From contig CBDDBZ010000034.1 of NCBI GenBank assembly GCA_965225945.1, positions 224,001 through 288,000 of the forward strand: DNA of 64,000 bases, given 5' to 3'. A model generated the notes under the pieces. It did not search any database, had not been told where the DNA came from, and saw only the letters and a program-made list of their open reading frames with translations. The DNA comes from Alphaproteobacteria bacterium (lineage in GTDB: Bacteria; Pseudomonadota; Alphaproteobacteria; GCA-2731375). The translations under genes and the position numbers were made by a program. Shown piece by piece: positions 18,996 to 30,101 of the stretch. Position 1 is the first letter of the stretch. Every line of letters begins with the position of its first letter.

Positions 18996-20468
18996 TCAAT
19001 CTCGCTGGAAGCAGGCCACCAGCTCCACATGCGCCGACCAGAGGAACTGGTCGATGGGCGTCACCTCTTGCAGCCGGTAGCCGCCGTCGACGAGCAAGCG
19101 GGCATCGCGGGCGAAGGTCGCCGGATTGCAGGAAAGCGCGACGATGCGCGGCACCGTCGAGGCCGCGAGCGCCGCCGATTGCGCGCGGGCGCCGGCGCGG
19201 GGCGGATCGAAGACGACGGCCTCGAACCCGGCGAGCTCCACATGCGCCGACCAGAGGAACTGGTCGATGGGCGTCACCTCTTGCAGCCGGTAGCCGCCGT
19301 CGACGAGCAAGCGGGCATCGCGGGCGAAGGTCGCCGGATTGCAGGAAAGCGCGACGATGCGCGGCACCGTCGAGGCCGCGAGCGCCGCCGATTGCGCGCG
19401 GGCGCCGGCGCGGGGCGGATCGAAGACGACGGCCTCGAACCCGGCGAGCTCCGCCGGCGCCAGCGGGCGGCGCATCAGATCGCGCGCCTCGACCGAGAGC
19501 CGGCTCGAACGATCACTGCCCCGCGCGGCGGCCACCAACGCCGCCAGCATCTCCCCGTCTTGGTCGATCGCCGTCACTTGCGCGTGCGCCGCGAGCGGCA
19601 GGCTCAACATGCCGAGCCCGGCGAAGAGGTCGGCGATCCGCCGGGCGCCCGCAAGGTGGGCCGTGGCTAGCTGGATCATCCACGCTTCCGATTCGCCCGT
19701 GGCCTGGAGGAAGGCGTGGGCCGGCGTGGCCACCTCGACCCCGCCGATGCGCACGATCGGGCGGCGGCGCTCCACCAGTGTCTCGGGCCGATCCCGTCCC
19801 CAGGAGAGCCGCGCCAGGTCCGCTGCCCGGGCGAATTCGGCGAGGCGGGCAAGCAGGTCCGGATCGAGCGGGGAATCGTCGCCGATCCAGAGGTCGACCC
19901 CCCGATCACCGGCCGTCGCGGTGATCTCGACTTCCGCGCCGCTCGCCAATAGCTCGCGCATGAGAGGCGTCAGAAAGCCCGGCAGGCGCGCCAGCTCGGG
20001 CCGCAGCACGGGGCATTCACCGATCGGCGTGACGCGCTTTCTCAACCGCTCGTGAAAGCCGACGACGACCCGACCGCCCCGACGGTACGCCGTGAAGCGG
20101 GCGCGGCGGCGGCTTTCGGGCGGCACCGATCGGGCCGCCCGGACCCTCGCATCACCGAGCCCCACGCGGGCCAAGGCCTCGACGATCCGTTCCCGCTTCC
20201 AGGCGAGGTACGGCGCGTCTTGCCACTGCTGCAGGCTGCAGCCGCCGCAGACGCCGAAATGCGGGCAAGGCGGCGCGCGGCGCTCGGGCGAAGCGAGCAG
20301 AAGTTCCCTCGTGTGACCTCGGATCCCGTGGCGATCACGCGCGGCGAGCCGGAGCCGATGGCGCTCGCCCGGCAGCGCGCCGGCGACATAGACCCGCGTA
20401 CCGGCGTAATCGCCGACGCCGTCGCTCCGGGCGCCGACGGCGGTGATGTCGACTTCCGGTTCACCCAT
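18996..20468 (-). CDS. RlmD/TrmA family RNA (uracil-5)-methyltransferase with duplicated C-terminus
   Basis: CPHFGVCGGC, FLQA, DLFAG, DPPRAG, SCNPATFARD, DQF..HVE motifs. Confidence 0.9.
   Translation of the reverse strand: MGEPEVDITAVGARSDGVGDYAGTRVYVAGALPGERHRLRLAARDRHGIRGHTRELLLASPERRAPPCPHFGVCGGCSLQQWQDAPYLAWKRERIVEALARVGLGDARVRAARSVPPESRRRARFTAYRRGGRVVVGFHERLRKRVTPIGECPVLRPELARLPGFLTPLMRELLASGAEVEITATAGDRGVDLWIGDDSPLDPDLLARLAEFARAADLARLSWGRDRPETLVERRRPIVRIGGVEVATPAHAFLQATGESEAWMIQLATAHLAGARRIADLFAGLGMLSLPLAAHAQVTAIDQDGEMLAALVAAARGSDRSSRLSVEARDLMRRPLAPAELAGFEAVVFDPPRAGARAQSAALAASTVPRIVALSCNPATFARDARLLVDGGYRLQEVTPIDQFLWSAHVELAGFEAVVFDPPRAGARAQSAALAASTVPRIVALSCNPATFARDARLLVDGGYRLQEVTPIDQFLWSAHVELVACFQRD
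19021..19452. repeat. 213-bp exact in-frame tandem duplication
   Basis: Units start at 19021 and 19234; 6-bp microhomology AGCTCC at the junctions. Confidence 0.93.
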
Positions 20469-21204
20469 CGTCACGCGCGGCGGCGACGAGGAATTCCCGA
20501 TTGCCCGCCGGCCCCGCAATCGGGCTCGGCACCAAGCCCAATACCCGCCAGCCCGGCAAGGCGTCGAGCCAATCGCGGATGGTCGCCGTGACCTCGTCGT
20601 GGAGCGCCGGGTCGCGCACCACGCCACCCTTGCTGACACGGCTGCGACCGACCTCGAATTGCGGCTTGATCAACGCCACCAGCCAGGCGCTGGGACGGGT
20701 CAGTGCCAGCGGCGCCGGCAGGATCGTCCTGAGCCCGATGAAACTGGCGTCGCAGACGACGATGTCGAGCGGCTCGCCGATCGTCTCGGCCCCGAGGTGG
20801 CGGGCGTTGATCCGCTCGTGCACGACGACGCGGTCGTCGTTGCGCAGCTTCCAGGAGAGCTGACCGTGACCGACATCGATCGCATGAACCCGGGCGGCCC
20901 CCTTCGACAACAGCACGTCGGTGAAGCCGCCGGTCGAGGCGCCGACATCGAGCGCCACCCGGCCCTCGGCCGAGATCGGGAAGGATTCGAAGGCATGCGC
21001 GAGTTTCATGCCGCCCCGGCCGACCCAGGGATGCTCGCGGCCCCGGACCTGGAGGGCTGTGTCGTCGGCGATCAAGTGACCGGCCTTATCGAGACGGCGA
21101 TCGCCGGAATAGACCAAGCCGGCCATGATCAGGGCCTGGGCGCGGCTTCGGCTCTCCGTCAAGCCGCGTGCGACCAGGATCTCGTCGAGCCGACGCTTGC
21201 CCAC
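20461..21204 (-). CDS. tlyA: TlyA family rRNA methyltransferase
   Basis: S4 domain, DVGASTGGFTD, SFI, LIKPQFE motifs. Confidence 0.94.
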   Translation of the reverse strand: MGKRRLDEILVARGLTESRSRAQALIMAGLVYSGDRRLDKAGHLIADDTALQVRGREHPWVGRGGMKLAHAFESFPISAEGRVALDVGASTGGFTDVLLSKGAARVHAIDVGHGQLSWKLRNDDRVVVHERINARHLGAETIGEPLDIVVCDASFIGLRTILPAPLALTRPSAWLVALIKPQFEVGRSRVSKGGVVRDPALHDEVTATIRDWLDALPGWRVLGLVPSPIAGPAGNREFLVAAARDDG

Positions 21205-21229
21205 GGCGCCGCCCGGGACATTCGCCGAA

Positions 21230-23152
21230 TCAGGCGAGGCGCGGCGCCTCCACCGCCTGCGCGCCGTCGAGCGCGGCGACCGCCGTCTGGACGATGTGCG
21301 GCGCGTTCAGGCCGGCGACGTCGTACATCTTCTCCGGCTTGTCATGGTCGATGAAGATGTCGGGAAAGTGCATCGGCCTGACCTTGAGCCCGTTCTCCAG
21401 CAGCCCGGCATGGGAGAGATAGTCGAAGACATGCGCGGCGAAACCGCCGATCGAGCCTTCCTCGATGGTGATCAGTACTTCGTGCGTCGTCGCCAGGCGA
21501 TGCACCAGTTCGTGGTCGAGCGGCTTGCAGAAACGGGCATCCGCGACCGTGGTGGAGAGCCCCTTGGCCGCCAGCTCGTCGGCGGCGATTTTCACTTGCT
21601 CGAGCCGGGCGCCGAAGGACAGGATCGCCACGGTCGAACCTTCACGCAGCACCCGGCCCTTGCCGATCTCGAGCGGCTCCGGTGTCTCCGGCATCTCGAT
21701 GCCGATGCCCTCGCCGCGGGGATAGCGGAAGGCCGAGGGCCGGTCGTCGATGGTGACCGCGGTCGCCACCATGCGCGCCAGCTCCACCTCGTCCGCCGCC
21801 GCCATGACGACGAAGCCCGGCAGGGTCGCCAAATAGGTAATGTCGAAGGAGCCCGCATGAGTCGGTCCGTCGGCGCCCACCAGGCCGGCCCGGTCGATCG
21901 CGAAGCGCACCGGCAAGCCCTGGATCGCCACGTCGTGCACGACCTGATCGTAGCCGCGCTGCAGGAAGGTCGAATAGATCGCGGCGAAGGGTTTGTAGCC
22001 CGCCGCCGCGAGGCCGGCGGCGAAGGTCACGCCGTGCTGCTCGGCGATGCCGACGTCGAAGCCGCGATCGGGAAAGCGCTCGGCGAACAAATTGAGGCCC
22101 GTGCCCGACGGCATGGCGGCGGTGAGGGCGCAGATGCGGTCGTCCTTCTCCGCCTCGGCGATCAGCGCCTGGGCGAAGACCTTGGTGTAGGCCGGCGCGT
22201 TCGGTGTCGACTTGGCCTGGGTACCGGTGATGACGTCGAATTTGGAAACGCCGTGATACTTTTCCGTCGATTCCTCCGCCGGGGGGTAGCCGGCGCCCTT
22301 GCGGGTCACCACGTGGATCAGCACCGGCCCGGCGGTCGGCGTATCACGCACGTTGCGCAGCACCGGCAACAGATGATCGATGTTGTGTCCGTCGATCGGC
22401 CCGACGTAGTAGAAGCCGAGCTCCTCGAACATCGTGCCGCCGGTGATCAAGCCGCGGGCGTATTCCTCCGCCCGCTTGGCCGTCCGCTCCACCTTGCCCG
22501 GCATATGGCGGGCGAGCTGGCGGGCGACGTCGCGAAGCTTCAGATACGAGCGCGAGGAGATCAGCCGCGAGAGATAAGCACTCATCGCGCCCACCGCCGG
22601 CGCGATCGACATGTCGTTGTCGTTCAAGATCACGATCAGCCGCGTGTTCCGCGAACCGGCATTGTTCAGCGCCTCGTAGGCCATGCCCGCGCTCATCGCG
22701 CTGTCGCCGATGACGGCGATGACGTTGTGCTCCTCGCCGGAAAGATCGCGCGCGACCGCGTACCCGAGGGCGGCGGAAATCGAGGTCGAGCTGTGCGCCG
22801 CGCCAAAGGCGTCGTATTCGCTCTCCGCCCGCTTGGTGAAACCGGAGAGGCCGTCGCCCTGGCGCAAGGTGCGGATCCGATCGCGCCGACCGGTCAGGAT
22901 CTTGTGCGGATAGGCCTGGTGGCCGACGTCCCAGATCAACACGTCCTTCGGCGTCTCGAAGACGTGGTGCAACGCCACCGTCAGCTCGACGACGCCGAGC
23001 CCGGCGCCGAGATGGCCGCCGGTAATCGAGACCGCGTCGATGGTCTCATAGCGAAGCTCGTCGGCGAGCTGGCGGAGATCCTTGGGGTGGAGTTTGCGAA
23101 GATCGCTCGGAAACACCACCTGATCGAGAAGCGGGGTCTTGCTGTCGGTCAC
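21230..23152 (-). CDS. dxs: 1-deoxy-D-xylulose-5-phosphate synthase
   Basis: [32 protein letters not shown] motifs. Confidence 0.97.
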   Translation of the reverse strand: MTDSKTPLLDQVVFPSDLRKLHPKDLRQLADELRYETIDAVSITGGHLGAGLGVVELTVALHHVFETPKDVLIWDVGHQAYPHKILTGRRDRIRTLRQGDGLSGFTKRAESEYDAFGAAHSSTSISAALGYAVARDLSGEEHNVIAVIGDSAMSAGMAYEALNNAGSRNTRLIVILNDNDMSIAPAVGAMSAYLSRLISSRSYLKLRDVARQLARHMPGKVERTAKRAEEYARGLITGGTMFEELGFYYVGPIDGHNIDHLLPVLRNVRDTPTAGPVLIHVVTRKGAGYPPAEESTEKYHGVSKFDVITGTQAKSTPNAPAYTKVFAQALIAEAEKDDRICALTAAMPSGTGLNLFAERFPDRGFDVGIAEQHGVTFAAGLAAAGYKPFAAIYSTFLQRGYDQVVHDVAIQGLPVRFAIDRAGLVGADGPTHAGSFDITYLATLPGFVVMAAADEVELARMVATAVTIDDRPSAFRYPRGEGIGIEMPETPEPLEIGKGRVLREGSTVAILSFGARLEQVKIAADELAAKGLSTTVADARFCKPLDHELVHRLATTHEVLITIEEGSIGGFAAHVFDYLSHAGLLENGLKVRPMHFPDIFIDHDKPEKMYDVAGLNAPHIVQTAVAALDGAQAVEAPRLA

Positions 23153-23201
23153 TTCGTCACCCAATTTGTTTTTTCCACGCGCCAGTACGCGGCGCCGCGA
23201 C

Positions 23202-24089
23202 TCAAGAACGCCGCGTGACCACGAAATCGGCCAGAGCGCGCAGAGCATCCGCTCTTTCGCCAAATAATTCAAGGTGCGCAATAGCTTGGTCGGAAAGCAT
23301 CCGAGCCCGCTCCCGCGCAGCCTCCAAGCCGAGCAGGGTGACGAAGGTGGCCTTGCCCCGAGCGACGTCCTTGCCCGCGGTCTTGCCGAGTTCTTCCGTC
23401 GCGCCGGTGACGTCGAGGATGTCGTCGGCGATCTGAAATGCGAGGCCGAGATCGTGCGCGTACATGCGGAGCGCCTGGCGCGCCGCCGGCTCGGCCCGCG
23501 CGAGGATGGCGCCGGCCTCGCCCGCGAAGGCGATCATGGCGCCGGTCTTCAACCGTTGAAGGCGGATGATCTGGGTTTCGTCCAGCCGCTCGTTCTCGGC
23601 CCAGAGGTCGATCTTCTGCCCGCCGACCATGCCCGAGGCACCGCTCGCGCGCGCGAGCCCCGTCACCAACGCCACGCGGGCGGTGGCTTCGGACGCGGTC
23701 GTCTCGTCGCCCAACACGTCGAAGGCGAGGGAGAGCAGCGCGTCACCCACCAGCACGGCCGTCGCTTCGTCGTACTTGACGTGCACCGTGGGCAGGCCCC
23801 GGCGCAGCACGTCGTCGTCCATGCACGGCAGGTCGTCATGCACCAGGCTGTAGCAGTGCACCAGCTCGACCGCGGCGGCGACCCGGACCGCGTTGCGCTT
23901 TGGCGCGTCGAAGATATCCGCGCCGGCGATGACCAGGAAAGGACGCAGGCGCTTGCCGCCGCCGAGCGTGGCGTAACGCATGGCCTCGCCGAGCTCGCCC
24001 TCGGGCCCGTCGCCGGCCTTCGGCAAGATGCGATCGAGTTCCGCCTCGACCGCTTTAGCCGTCGCTTGAAGGGCATCCTCGAAACGCAC
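23202..24089 (-). CDS. ispA: farnesyl diphosphate synthase (geranyltranstransferase)
   Basis: [29 protein letters not shown] motifs. Confidence 0.95.
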   Translation of the reverse strand: MRFEDALQATAKAVEAELDRILPKAGDGPEGELGEAMRYATLGGGKRLRPFLVIAGADIFDAPKRNAVRVAAAVELVHCYSLVHDDLPCMDDDVLRRGLPTVHVKYDEATAVLVGDALLSLAFDVLGDETTASEATARVALVTGLARASGASGMVGGQKIDLWAENERLDETQIIRLQRLKTGAMIAFAGEAGAILARAEPAARQALRMYAHDLGLAFQIADDILDVTGATEELGKTAGKDVARGKATFVTLLGLEAARERARMLSDQAIAHLELFGERADALRALADFVVTRRS

Positions 24090-24100
24090 CCGACCCGCCT

Positions 24101-24373
24101 CTACTCGACATCGGCCGATTCGGTCGCCTGAACCTCGCCGTCCGATCCCACCACCAAACGCTCCACCTTTTCGGCGGCGGCCCTGAGCTTGGCATCGCAA
24201 TGCTGCTTCAACAGGGCGCCGCGTCCATACATGGCGATCGACTCCTCGAGCTCGACCTCACCGCTCTCCAGGCGGCGGACGATCTCCTCCAACTCACGCA
24301 TCGCGACCTCGAAGCCGAGCGCCTCGACACCCTCGCGCTCAGCCTCCTCGGCCTCGCCGCCCTCGGCCGTCAT
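24101..24373 (-). CDS. xseB: exodeoxyribonuclease VII small subunit
   Basis: FE.AM.ELE.IV..LESG...LEESI; xseB-ispA-dxs synteny. Confidence 0.94.
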   Translation of the reverse strand: MTAEGGEAEEAEREGVEALGFEVAMRELEEIVRRLESGEVELEESIAMYGRGALLKQHCDAKLRAAAEKVERLVVGSDGEVQATESADVE

Positions 24374-24453
24374 GTCGATTTCTCCCGCCTGTCCGGCTCG
24401 CGCCGACGACAACGGAGTCTAAAGCTTCGATCGGGGCGCCGGCAAGGCGGCGC

Positions 24454-25377
24454 TCACGCCATCAAGGCGCCGACATGGGCCGCCGCGCTCGCCGCCAGCG
24501 CCTCCAGATCGTAGCCGCCCTCGAGGGTCGAGACGATGCGGCCCGCCGCGTGCCGCGCGGCGATTTGCCCGAGTTCGCCCGTGATCCAGGCATAGTCGTC
24601 CTCGACCAGCGCCAATTGCGCCAAGGGGTCGCGCAGGTGGGCGTCGAACCCGGCGGAAATCAGCACCAATTCCGGCCCGAACGCATCGAGCGCCGGCAGC
24701 AGCCATTCACGAAAGACGGCGCGAAACGCGTCGGAGCCGCTGCCCGGCGCCAGCGGCGCGTTGAAGATATTGCCGACACCCCGCATCGAGGCCGGCCCCG
24801 TTCCCGGATAGAGCGGCGATTGATGGGTCGAGAGGTAGACCAGGTTCGCGTCCTCGCGGAACGCCGCCTCGGTGCCGTTGCCGTGATGGACGTCGAAATC
24901 GATCACGGCGATTCGCTCGAGCCCGTGCGCGGCGCGGGCATGCAGCGCGCCGACGACGATGCTGTTGAAGATGCAGAAGCCCATCGAGCGCGCCGGCTCG
25001 GCGTGGTGGCCCGGCGGGCGGGTGGCGCAAAAGGCGTTGTCGATCTCAGCCCCGATCACCGCGTCGACGGCGGCGACCACGGCGCCCGCCGCGCGTCGCG
25101 TCGCCTCGAGCGAGCCCGGCGACATGACCGTGTCGGGATCGAGCCGGAGCGATTCCTCGCTCGGCGCCAATTCGAAGATCTGCTCGACATAGGCCTGGGC
25201 GTGGCCGCGCGCGAGCTGTTCGCGGCTCGCCTCGGGCGCCTCAGCCCGATCGAGCTCGCCGAATTCGTCCCCCTCGAGGGCCGCCAGCACCGCCCGCAGG
25301 CGATCGACCCGTTCCGGGTGTCCCGGTCCGGTATCGTGGTCGAGACAGGCGCCGTGGCTATAGAGGCGGGTGGTCAT
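24454..25377 (-). CDS. histone deacetylase family (acetylpolyamine amidohydrolase-like) protein
   Basis: HPE, RPPGHHA, GFC, DFDVHHGNGT, SAGFD, LEGGY motifs. Confidence 0.94.
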   Translation of the reverse strand: MTTRLYSHGACLDHDTGPGHPERVDRLRAVLAALEGDEFGELDRAEAPEASREQLARGHAQAYVEQIFELAPSEESLRLDPDTVMSPGSLEATRRAAGAVVAAVDAVIGAEIDNAFCATRPPGHHAEPARSMGFCIFNSIVVGALHARAAHGLERIAVIDFDVHHGNGTEAAFREDANLVYLSTHQSPLYPGTGPASMRGVGNIFNAPLAPGSGSDAFRAVFREWLLPALDAFGPELVLISAGFDAHLRDPLAQLALVEDDYAWITGELGQIAARHAAGRIVSTLEGGYDLEALAASAAAHVGALMA

Positions 25378-26168
25378 GCGGCGGCCTGCGCCTCGACCTC
25401 CGCCAAAAATTCGGCGATCGAGCGGTTGAAGAGATCGGGCCGTTCCAGATTGGCCAGGTGGCCGACGCCGGGAATCGAGTGATGGCGCGAATTGGGGATC
25501 CGCTGCGCCATCCGTGCCATGCCCTTGGCCGGCGCCACCTCGTCCTTGGCGCCGGAGAGCAGCAGGGTCGGTGCGGTGATCCGGCCGAGGTCGTCGCGCC
25601 GGTCGAAGCTGACGAGGCATTGGAGCGCGGCCCGGTAGGTCGCCGCCGGGATCGTGGCCATCGCCTCGACGGCGCGGAGAATCGCCGCCTCTTCGGAAGA
25701 GTCGGCGAACATGGCCGGCATGGTTTGGGGCGCAATATCGGCCGGCGTCAGGCCGCGCTCGAGCGGCGCCAGGCGGGCCGCTAGGAAGTTTTCCTGAAAG
25801 CTTCCGTCGGCGCTGCCGAATCGGGCGGAGGTCGCCGACAACACCAGCGCCGAGACCCTCTCGGGTCGGCGGATCGCCAGCTCCTGCGCCACCATGCCGC
25901 CCATCGAATGGCCGACGATGCCTGAGCGCTCGACGCCGAGGTGATCCATCAATCGGACCAGCGCGTCGGCCAGGCCGGCCCAGGTCATCTCGTCCCCGAG
26001 GGGCGAGCCGCCGTAGCCCGGCATGTCCCAGGCGACCGCCCGCCACCGAGGGGCGAAGTGCGCGAGAGAGGCCTCGAAGCTCCCCCGATTGCCGCCGATG
26101 CCGTGCAGGAAGATCAGCGTTTGCCCGCCGCTTCCCTCGATCTCGTGCGTCGGAATGTTCGCGCCCAC
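25374..26168 (-). CDS. alpha/beta fold hydrolase
   Basis: LHGIGG, DMPGYG, GHSMGG, GH motifs. Confidence 0.92.
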   Translation of the reverse strand: MGANIPTHEIEGSGGQTLIFLHGIGGNRGSFEASLAHFAPRWRAVAWDMPGYGGSPLGDEMTWAGLADALVRLMDHLGVERSGIVGHSMGGMVAQELAIRRPERVSALVLSATSARFGSADGSFQENFLAARLAPLERGLTPADIAPQTMPAMFADSSEEAAILRAVEAMATIPAATYRAALQCLVSFDRRDDLGRITAPTLLLSGAKDEVAPAKGMARMAQRIPNSRHHSIPGVGHLANLERPDLFNRSIAEFLAEVEAQAAA

Positions 26169-26298
26169 ATTGTCCTCCCGATGGTTTCCGACGCGAAGCT
26201 AGCACCCGCCAGCGGGGGTGGCGAGCCTGGGAAACTTGAAAGCGGGCCTGAGAAGGCGACATAGTGAAGCGTGGAGGCCTCGACGAGCGAGGATGGAG

Positions 26299-26598
26299 AT
26301 GAACAAGAGACTTCGGGCCGCCGCGCTGGCGGCCGCGGTGGGGCTGTCGGCGGGCCTGCTGGCGCCGCCGGCCGTGGCGGAAGATCCAGGGGCGGAGGTC
26401 GAGCGTCTCGCCCGCGATGCGGCGCGCACGATCGTCGCCGCGCTGTCGCTGCTGGTCGCCTCGATCCCGCAGTACGAACTGCCGGAAATCATGGCGAACG
26501 GCGACATCATCATTCGCCGCAAGAACCCGAGCGGTTCCGTGCCGCGCGAGGCGCCGGAGCCGATGCCGGAGGAGCAAGGCGACTTCGACAAGACGTGA
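26299..26598 (+). CDS. small exported hypothetical protein
   Basis: Signal peptide ending AVA; conserved-looking IPQYELPEI.ANGDIIIRRK. Confidence 0.7.
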   Translation: MNKRLRAAALAAAVGLSAGLLAPPAVAEDPGAEVERLARDAARTIVAALSLLVASIPQYELPEIMANGDIIIRRKNPSGSVPREAPEPMPEEQGDFDKT

Positions 26599-26758
26599 CT
26601 CGGCACGGGGTTTGCGGGGCCACCGGCAAAGTTGATTGTGACCATCGCCCGTCGGCTTTCGCCGTCCACGACGTCGTTCGGGTCCGGGGGGATGGATTTC
26701 GGGCGGGATCGATGGTGAGCGGCGAAGCGCGAGCGATGGCGGCGCGGCGGGCGAGGCC

Positions 26759-28072
26759 TTGAGCGGCGGCGTGGTCGGCTGGCGCGCGGCGAGCGCGGTC
26801 TATCTCGATCGCCGCCTATTCGCCATCCTCTTCCTCGGTTTCTCCAGCGGCCTGCCGCTGCTGCTCACGTTCTCCACGCTTTCCGTCTGGCTCGCCGAGG
26901 CCGGCGTGACCAAGACGGCGATCGGCCTCTTCGCGCTGGTCGGCCTGCCCTATGCGACGAAGTTCCTCTGGGCGCCGTTGATGGACCGGGTGCGGCTCCC
27001 CTGGCTCACCCGCCGTTTCGGCAGGCGGCGCGGCTGGGCACTGGTGACCCAGGCGATGTTGATGATCGGCGTCGTCGGGCTCGGCCAGGGCGATCCCGCC
27101 GTCGATCCGGGGAGAATCGCGGTCTGGGCGCTTTTCGTCAGCTTCGCCTCGGCCAGCCAGGACATCGTCATCGATGCCTACCGGGTGGAGATCCTGGAGG
27201 AGCGGCAGTACGGCGCCGGCGCGGCGATGATCGTCGGCGGCTATCGCTTAGGGCTGCTGGCCGCCGGCGCCGGCGGCCTCTACCTGGCCGAGGCGATCCC
27301 CTGGTCGGCCGTCTATGGGGTGATGGCCGCCCTGATGCTGGTCGGCGTCGCCACGGTGCTGGCGAACCCGGAGCCGACGAGCGACGCGGCGGTGGGCGAG
27401 GCGGCGGCGGGCCCGCGCGAGAGCGGCCTCGAGGAATGGCTGCGCGAGGCGGTGGTAGCGCCCTTTGTCGACTTCATGGGGCGGCGCGACTGGGTGGCGA
27501 TCCTGCTCTTCGTCGCCCTCTACAAGTTCGGCGACAGCCTGGCCGGCGTGATGGCCAACCCCTTCTATATTGAGATTGGCTTCTCCAAGGTGGAGATCGC
27601 CAACATCTCGAAACTCTTCGGCCTGGTCGCGACGCTGCTCGGCGTCTTCCTCGGCGGCATCATGGTGGTCCGGCGCGGCATCATGTGGAGCCTGCTGGTC
27701 TGCGGCGTGGCTCAGATGCTTTCCAACCTGTTGTTCGCGGTGCAGGCCGTGGTGGGCCACGACCTCGCCATGCTGACGGTGACCATCGGCGTCGAAAATC
27801 TGGCCGGCGGCATGGGCACGGCCGCGTTCGTCGCCTATCTCTCGGCGCTCTGCAATTTCCGCTATACGGCAACGCAGTACGCGCTGCTGTCGTCGTTCAT
27901 GGCCTTCGCGCGAACCACGCTCTCGGCCGGCGGTGGCTGGATGGCCGATCATGCCGACTGGACGACCTTCTTCGTCGCGACCACCATCGCCGCGCTGCCG
28001 GGCTTATTGTTATGGTTGTGGCTGGAGCGGCGCGGGCACGCGCCCCGAGCGCCGTCGAGGGAGCGCGGATGA
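26759..28072 (+). CDS. ampG: AmpG family muropeptide MFS transporter
   Basis: [34 protein letters not shown] motifs. Confidence 0.94.
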   Translation: MSGGVVGWRAASAVYLDRRLFAILFLGFSSGLPLLLTFSTLSVWLAEAGVTKTAIGLFALVGLPYATKFLWAPLMDRVRLPWLTRRFGRRRGWALVTQAMLMIGVVGLGQGDPAVDPGRIAVWALFVSFASASQDIVIDAYRVEILEERQYGAGAAMIVGGYRLGLLAAGAGGLYLAEAIPWSAVYGVMAALMLVGVATVLANPEPTSDAAVGEAAAGPRESGLEEWLREAVVAPFVDFMGRRDWVAILLFVALYKFGDSLAGVMANPFYIEIGFSKVEIANISKLFGLVATLLGVFLGGIMVVRRGIMWSLLVCGVAQMLSNLLFAVQAVVGHDLAMLTVTIGVENLAGGMGTAAFVAYLSALCNFRYTATQYALLSSFMAFARTTLSAGGGWMADHADWTTFFVATTIAALPGLLLWLWLERRGHAPRAPSRERG

Positions 28073-28593
28073 GCGGCGGAATCGACATCGTCGAGGGCGA
28101 CATCACCAAGCTGGAGGTGGACGCCATCGTCAACGCGGCCAACGAATCGTTGCTCGGTGGCGGTGGCGTCGACGGCGCGATCCATCGCGCGGCGGGGCCC
28201 TCGCTGCTGGCCGAGTGCCGCGACCTCGGCGGCTGCCCGACGGGCGAGGCCCGAATCACTCGGGGCTACCGCCTGGCGGCGCGCCACGTCATCCATACCG
28301 TCGGGCCCCTCTGGCGCGGCGGCGGCGCGGGCGAGGCGGAGCTGCTCGCCGCCTGCTACCGCAACAGCCTGGCGCTCGCCGAAGCGGCGGAGGTCCGCTC
28401 TATCGCCTTTCCCGCGATTAGCACCGGCGTCTATGGCTACCCGCTGGCGCCGGCGACGAGGATCGCCGTGCGGTCGGCCCTGTCGCACCTAGCGGCGAAG
28501 CGAAACGTCGAGCGCATCACCTTCGCCACCTTCGGCGCTGAGGCGACGGGAATTTACCGCGACGTGTTGGCCGAAGCGGGCGGCGAAACCTGA
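28069..28593 (+). CDS. macro-domain O-acetyl-ADP-ribose deacetylase (YmdB-like)
   Basis: [31 protein letters not shown] motifs. Confidence 0.93.
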   Translation: MSGGIDIVEGDITKLEVDAIVNAANESLLGGGGVDGAIHRAAGPSLLAECRDLGGCPTGEARITRGYRLAARHVIHTVGPLWRGGGAGEAELLAACYRNSLALAEAAEVRSIAFPAISTGVYGYPLAPATRIAVRSALSHLAAKRNVERITFATFGAEATGIYRDVLAEAGGET

Positions 28594-28700
28594 AATCGTC
28601 ATCGAGACGGTGCGAGATCATGGTTGACCCCACCTCGGACCCGCCTTACCTTTGTTCCGGCCAGGGCGAATGCCGCCCTGACGCAAGCAAGGAGACTCCG

Positions 28701-28880
28701 ATGCGCAAGGCGATCGTGCTCGCCGTCGTGGGCCTGTTCATGGCTTCCAGCGGGGCAATGGCCGCCGGCGGCGGCGGCTGTGGGGCCAAATCGGCGTCCA
28801 AGGACCAGACGGTGGTGCAGGACCAGGGCAAGCCCCAGACCCAGACACCGGCCCCGGCGGCGACGGAAACCAAGAGCTGA
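28701..28880 (+). CDS. small secreted protein (59 aa)
   Basis: GGAG RBS, signal peptide MRKAIVLAVVGLF...AMA, single Cys. Confidence 0.6.
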   Translation: MRKAIVLAVVGLFMASSGAMAAGGGGCGAKSASKDQTVVQDQGKPQTQTPAPAATETKS

Positions 28881-29049
28881 ATCCGAGCCCGTCGCGCGCG
28901 GCGGGTGGGCATTCAAAGTCCTTTCGAATGACGTCCGGGCGCATTCATTTGGCGCGCGCGGGTGTGGCGCGCCGCCAGAGGGCCGTCATTCGGCAAAGCG
29001 ACGGCACGGCTCGGGCCGTGACGCGAACGGCTTTTCAACAGGGAACTCG

Positions 29050-30027
29050 TTACGGGATGAAGACCGTCGAGCCGGTGGTCTTGCGGCCTTGCAGATCGCG
29101 GTGGGCCTTGGCGGCGTCCTTCAGGCGATAGGTCTGGTTGACCTCGATTCGAACCTTGCCGCTGGTCACCATGGCGAAGAGCCGCCGGGCGGAGAGTTCC
29201 AGGTCCGCCCGGCTCGCCGTGTAGGCCATCAGCGAGGGCCGGGTCAGGTAGAGCGAGCCCTTGGCTCCCAGCATGGCCGGCGCCATCGTCTCGACCGCGC
29301 CCGAGGCGTTGCCGAAGGAGACCATCATGCCGCGCGGCGCCAGGCAATCGAGGGAACCCTCCCAGGTCGACTTGCCGACCGCGTCGTAGACCACCGGCAC
29401 GCCCGCGTCTTTGGTGACCCGGCGGACCGCCTTGGTGAAGTCCTGCTTGGTGTAGTCGATCACATGGTCGTAGCCGTGCGCCTTGGCGAGCTTGCATTTG
29501 GCCGGCCCGCCCGCGGTGCCGATGACCGTGGCGCCGAGCGCCTTGGCCCACTGCCCGGCGATCAGGCCCACGCCGCCCGCCGCCGCGTGGATCAGGATGG
29601 TCTCGCCCCGCTTCACCGGATAGGTCCGGCTGAGCAGGTATTCGACCGTCATGCCCTTCAGCATCATCGCCGCGGCCTCTTGGTCGGTGATCTTGGCCGG
29701 CAGCTTCAGCAACTTGGCGGCCGGCATGTTGCGGGCCTCGGAATAGGCGCCGAGCGGGCCGCCCGAATAGGCCACCCGGTCGCCCGGCTTCACATGGCCG
29801 ACGCCGCGCCCCACGGCCTCGACCACGCCGGCCGCCTCGAGCCCGATGGGGCTCGGCATTTCCAAGGGATAGAGGCCGGAGCGATGATAGGTGTCGATGT
29901 AGTTGAGGCCGATCGCGGTATGGCGAACCCGGGCCTCGCCCGCCTTCGGTCTGCCGAGCTCCACGTTCTCCCATTTGAGCACCGAGGCGGGACCGGACTT
30001 GTGGAATCGAAATGCCTTGACCTTCAT
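29050..30027 (-). CDS. qor: NADPH:quinone oxidoreductase (zeta-crystallin family)
   Basis: GLNYIDTYHRSGLY, HAAAGGVG, FGNASG, KGSL..TRPSL motifs. Confidence 0.93.
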   Translation of the reverse strand: MKVKAFRFHKSGPASVLKWENVELGRPKAGEARVRHTAIGLNYIDTYHRSGLYPLEMPSPIGLEAAGVVEAVGRGVGHVKPGDRVAYSGGPLGAYSEARNMPAAKLLKLPAKITDQEAAAMMLKGMTVEYLLSRTYPVKRGETILIHAAAGGVGLIAGQWAKALGATVIGTAGGPAKCKLAKAHGYDHVIDYTKQDFTKAVRRVTKDAGVPVVYDAVGKSTWEGSLDCLAPRGMMVSFGNASGAVETMAPAMLGAKGSLYLTRPSLMAYTASRADLELSARRLFAMVTSGKVRIEVNQTYRLKDAAKAHRDLQGRKTTGSTVFIP

Positions 30028-30101
30028 GTATCGCTGCTCCCCGTGGGTTATATCCGGCGCCCTCGTGGGCGCGTTCCGCGCCGTCCTTCAGCCCCCCCCG
30101 A

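Noticed and set aside
20461-21204. tlyA as a hemolysin/virulence factor
   Set aside because: It sits in the usual xseB-ispA-dxs-tlyA housekeeping context as an rRNA methyltransferase
21125-23218. Long antisense or alternative-frame ORFs (also 49019-51565, 52696-54813, 30111-31880)
   Set aside because: Typical high-GC shadow ORFs opposite well-supported genes
24454-28593. Deacetylase plus macro-domain as an ADP-ribose defence or signalling module
   Set aside because: The deacetylase is Zn-dependent, not a sirtuin; the genes are on opposite strands and separated by unrelated genes
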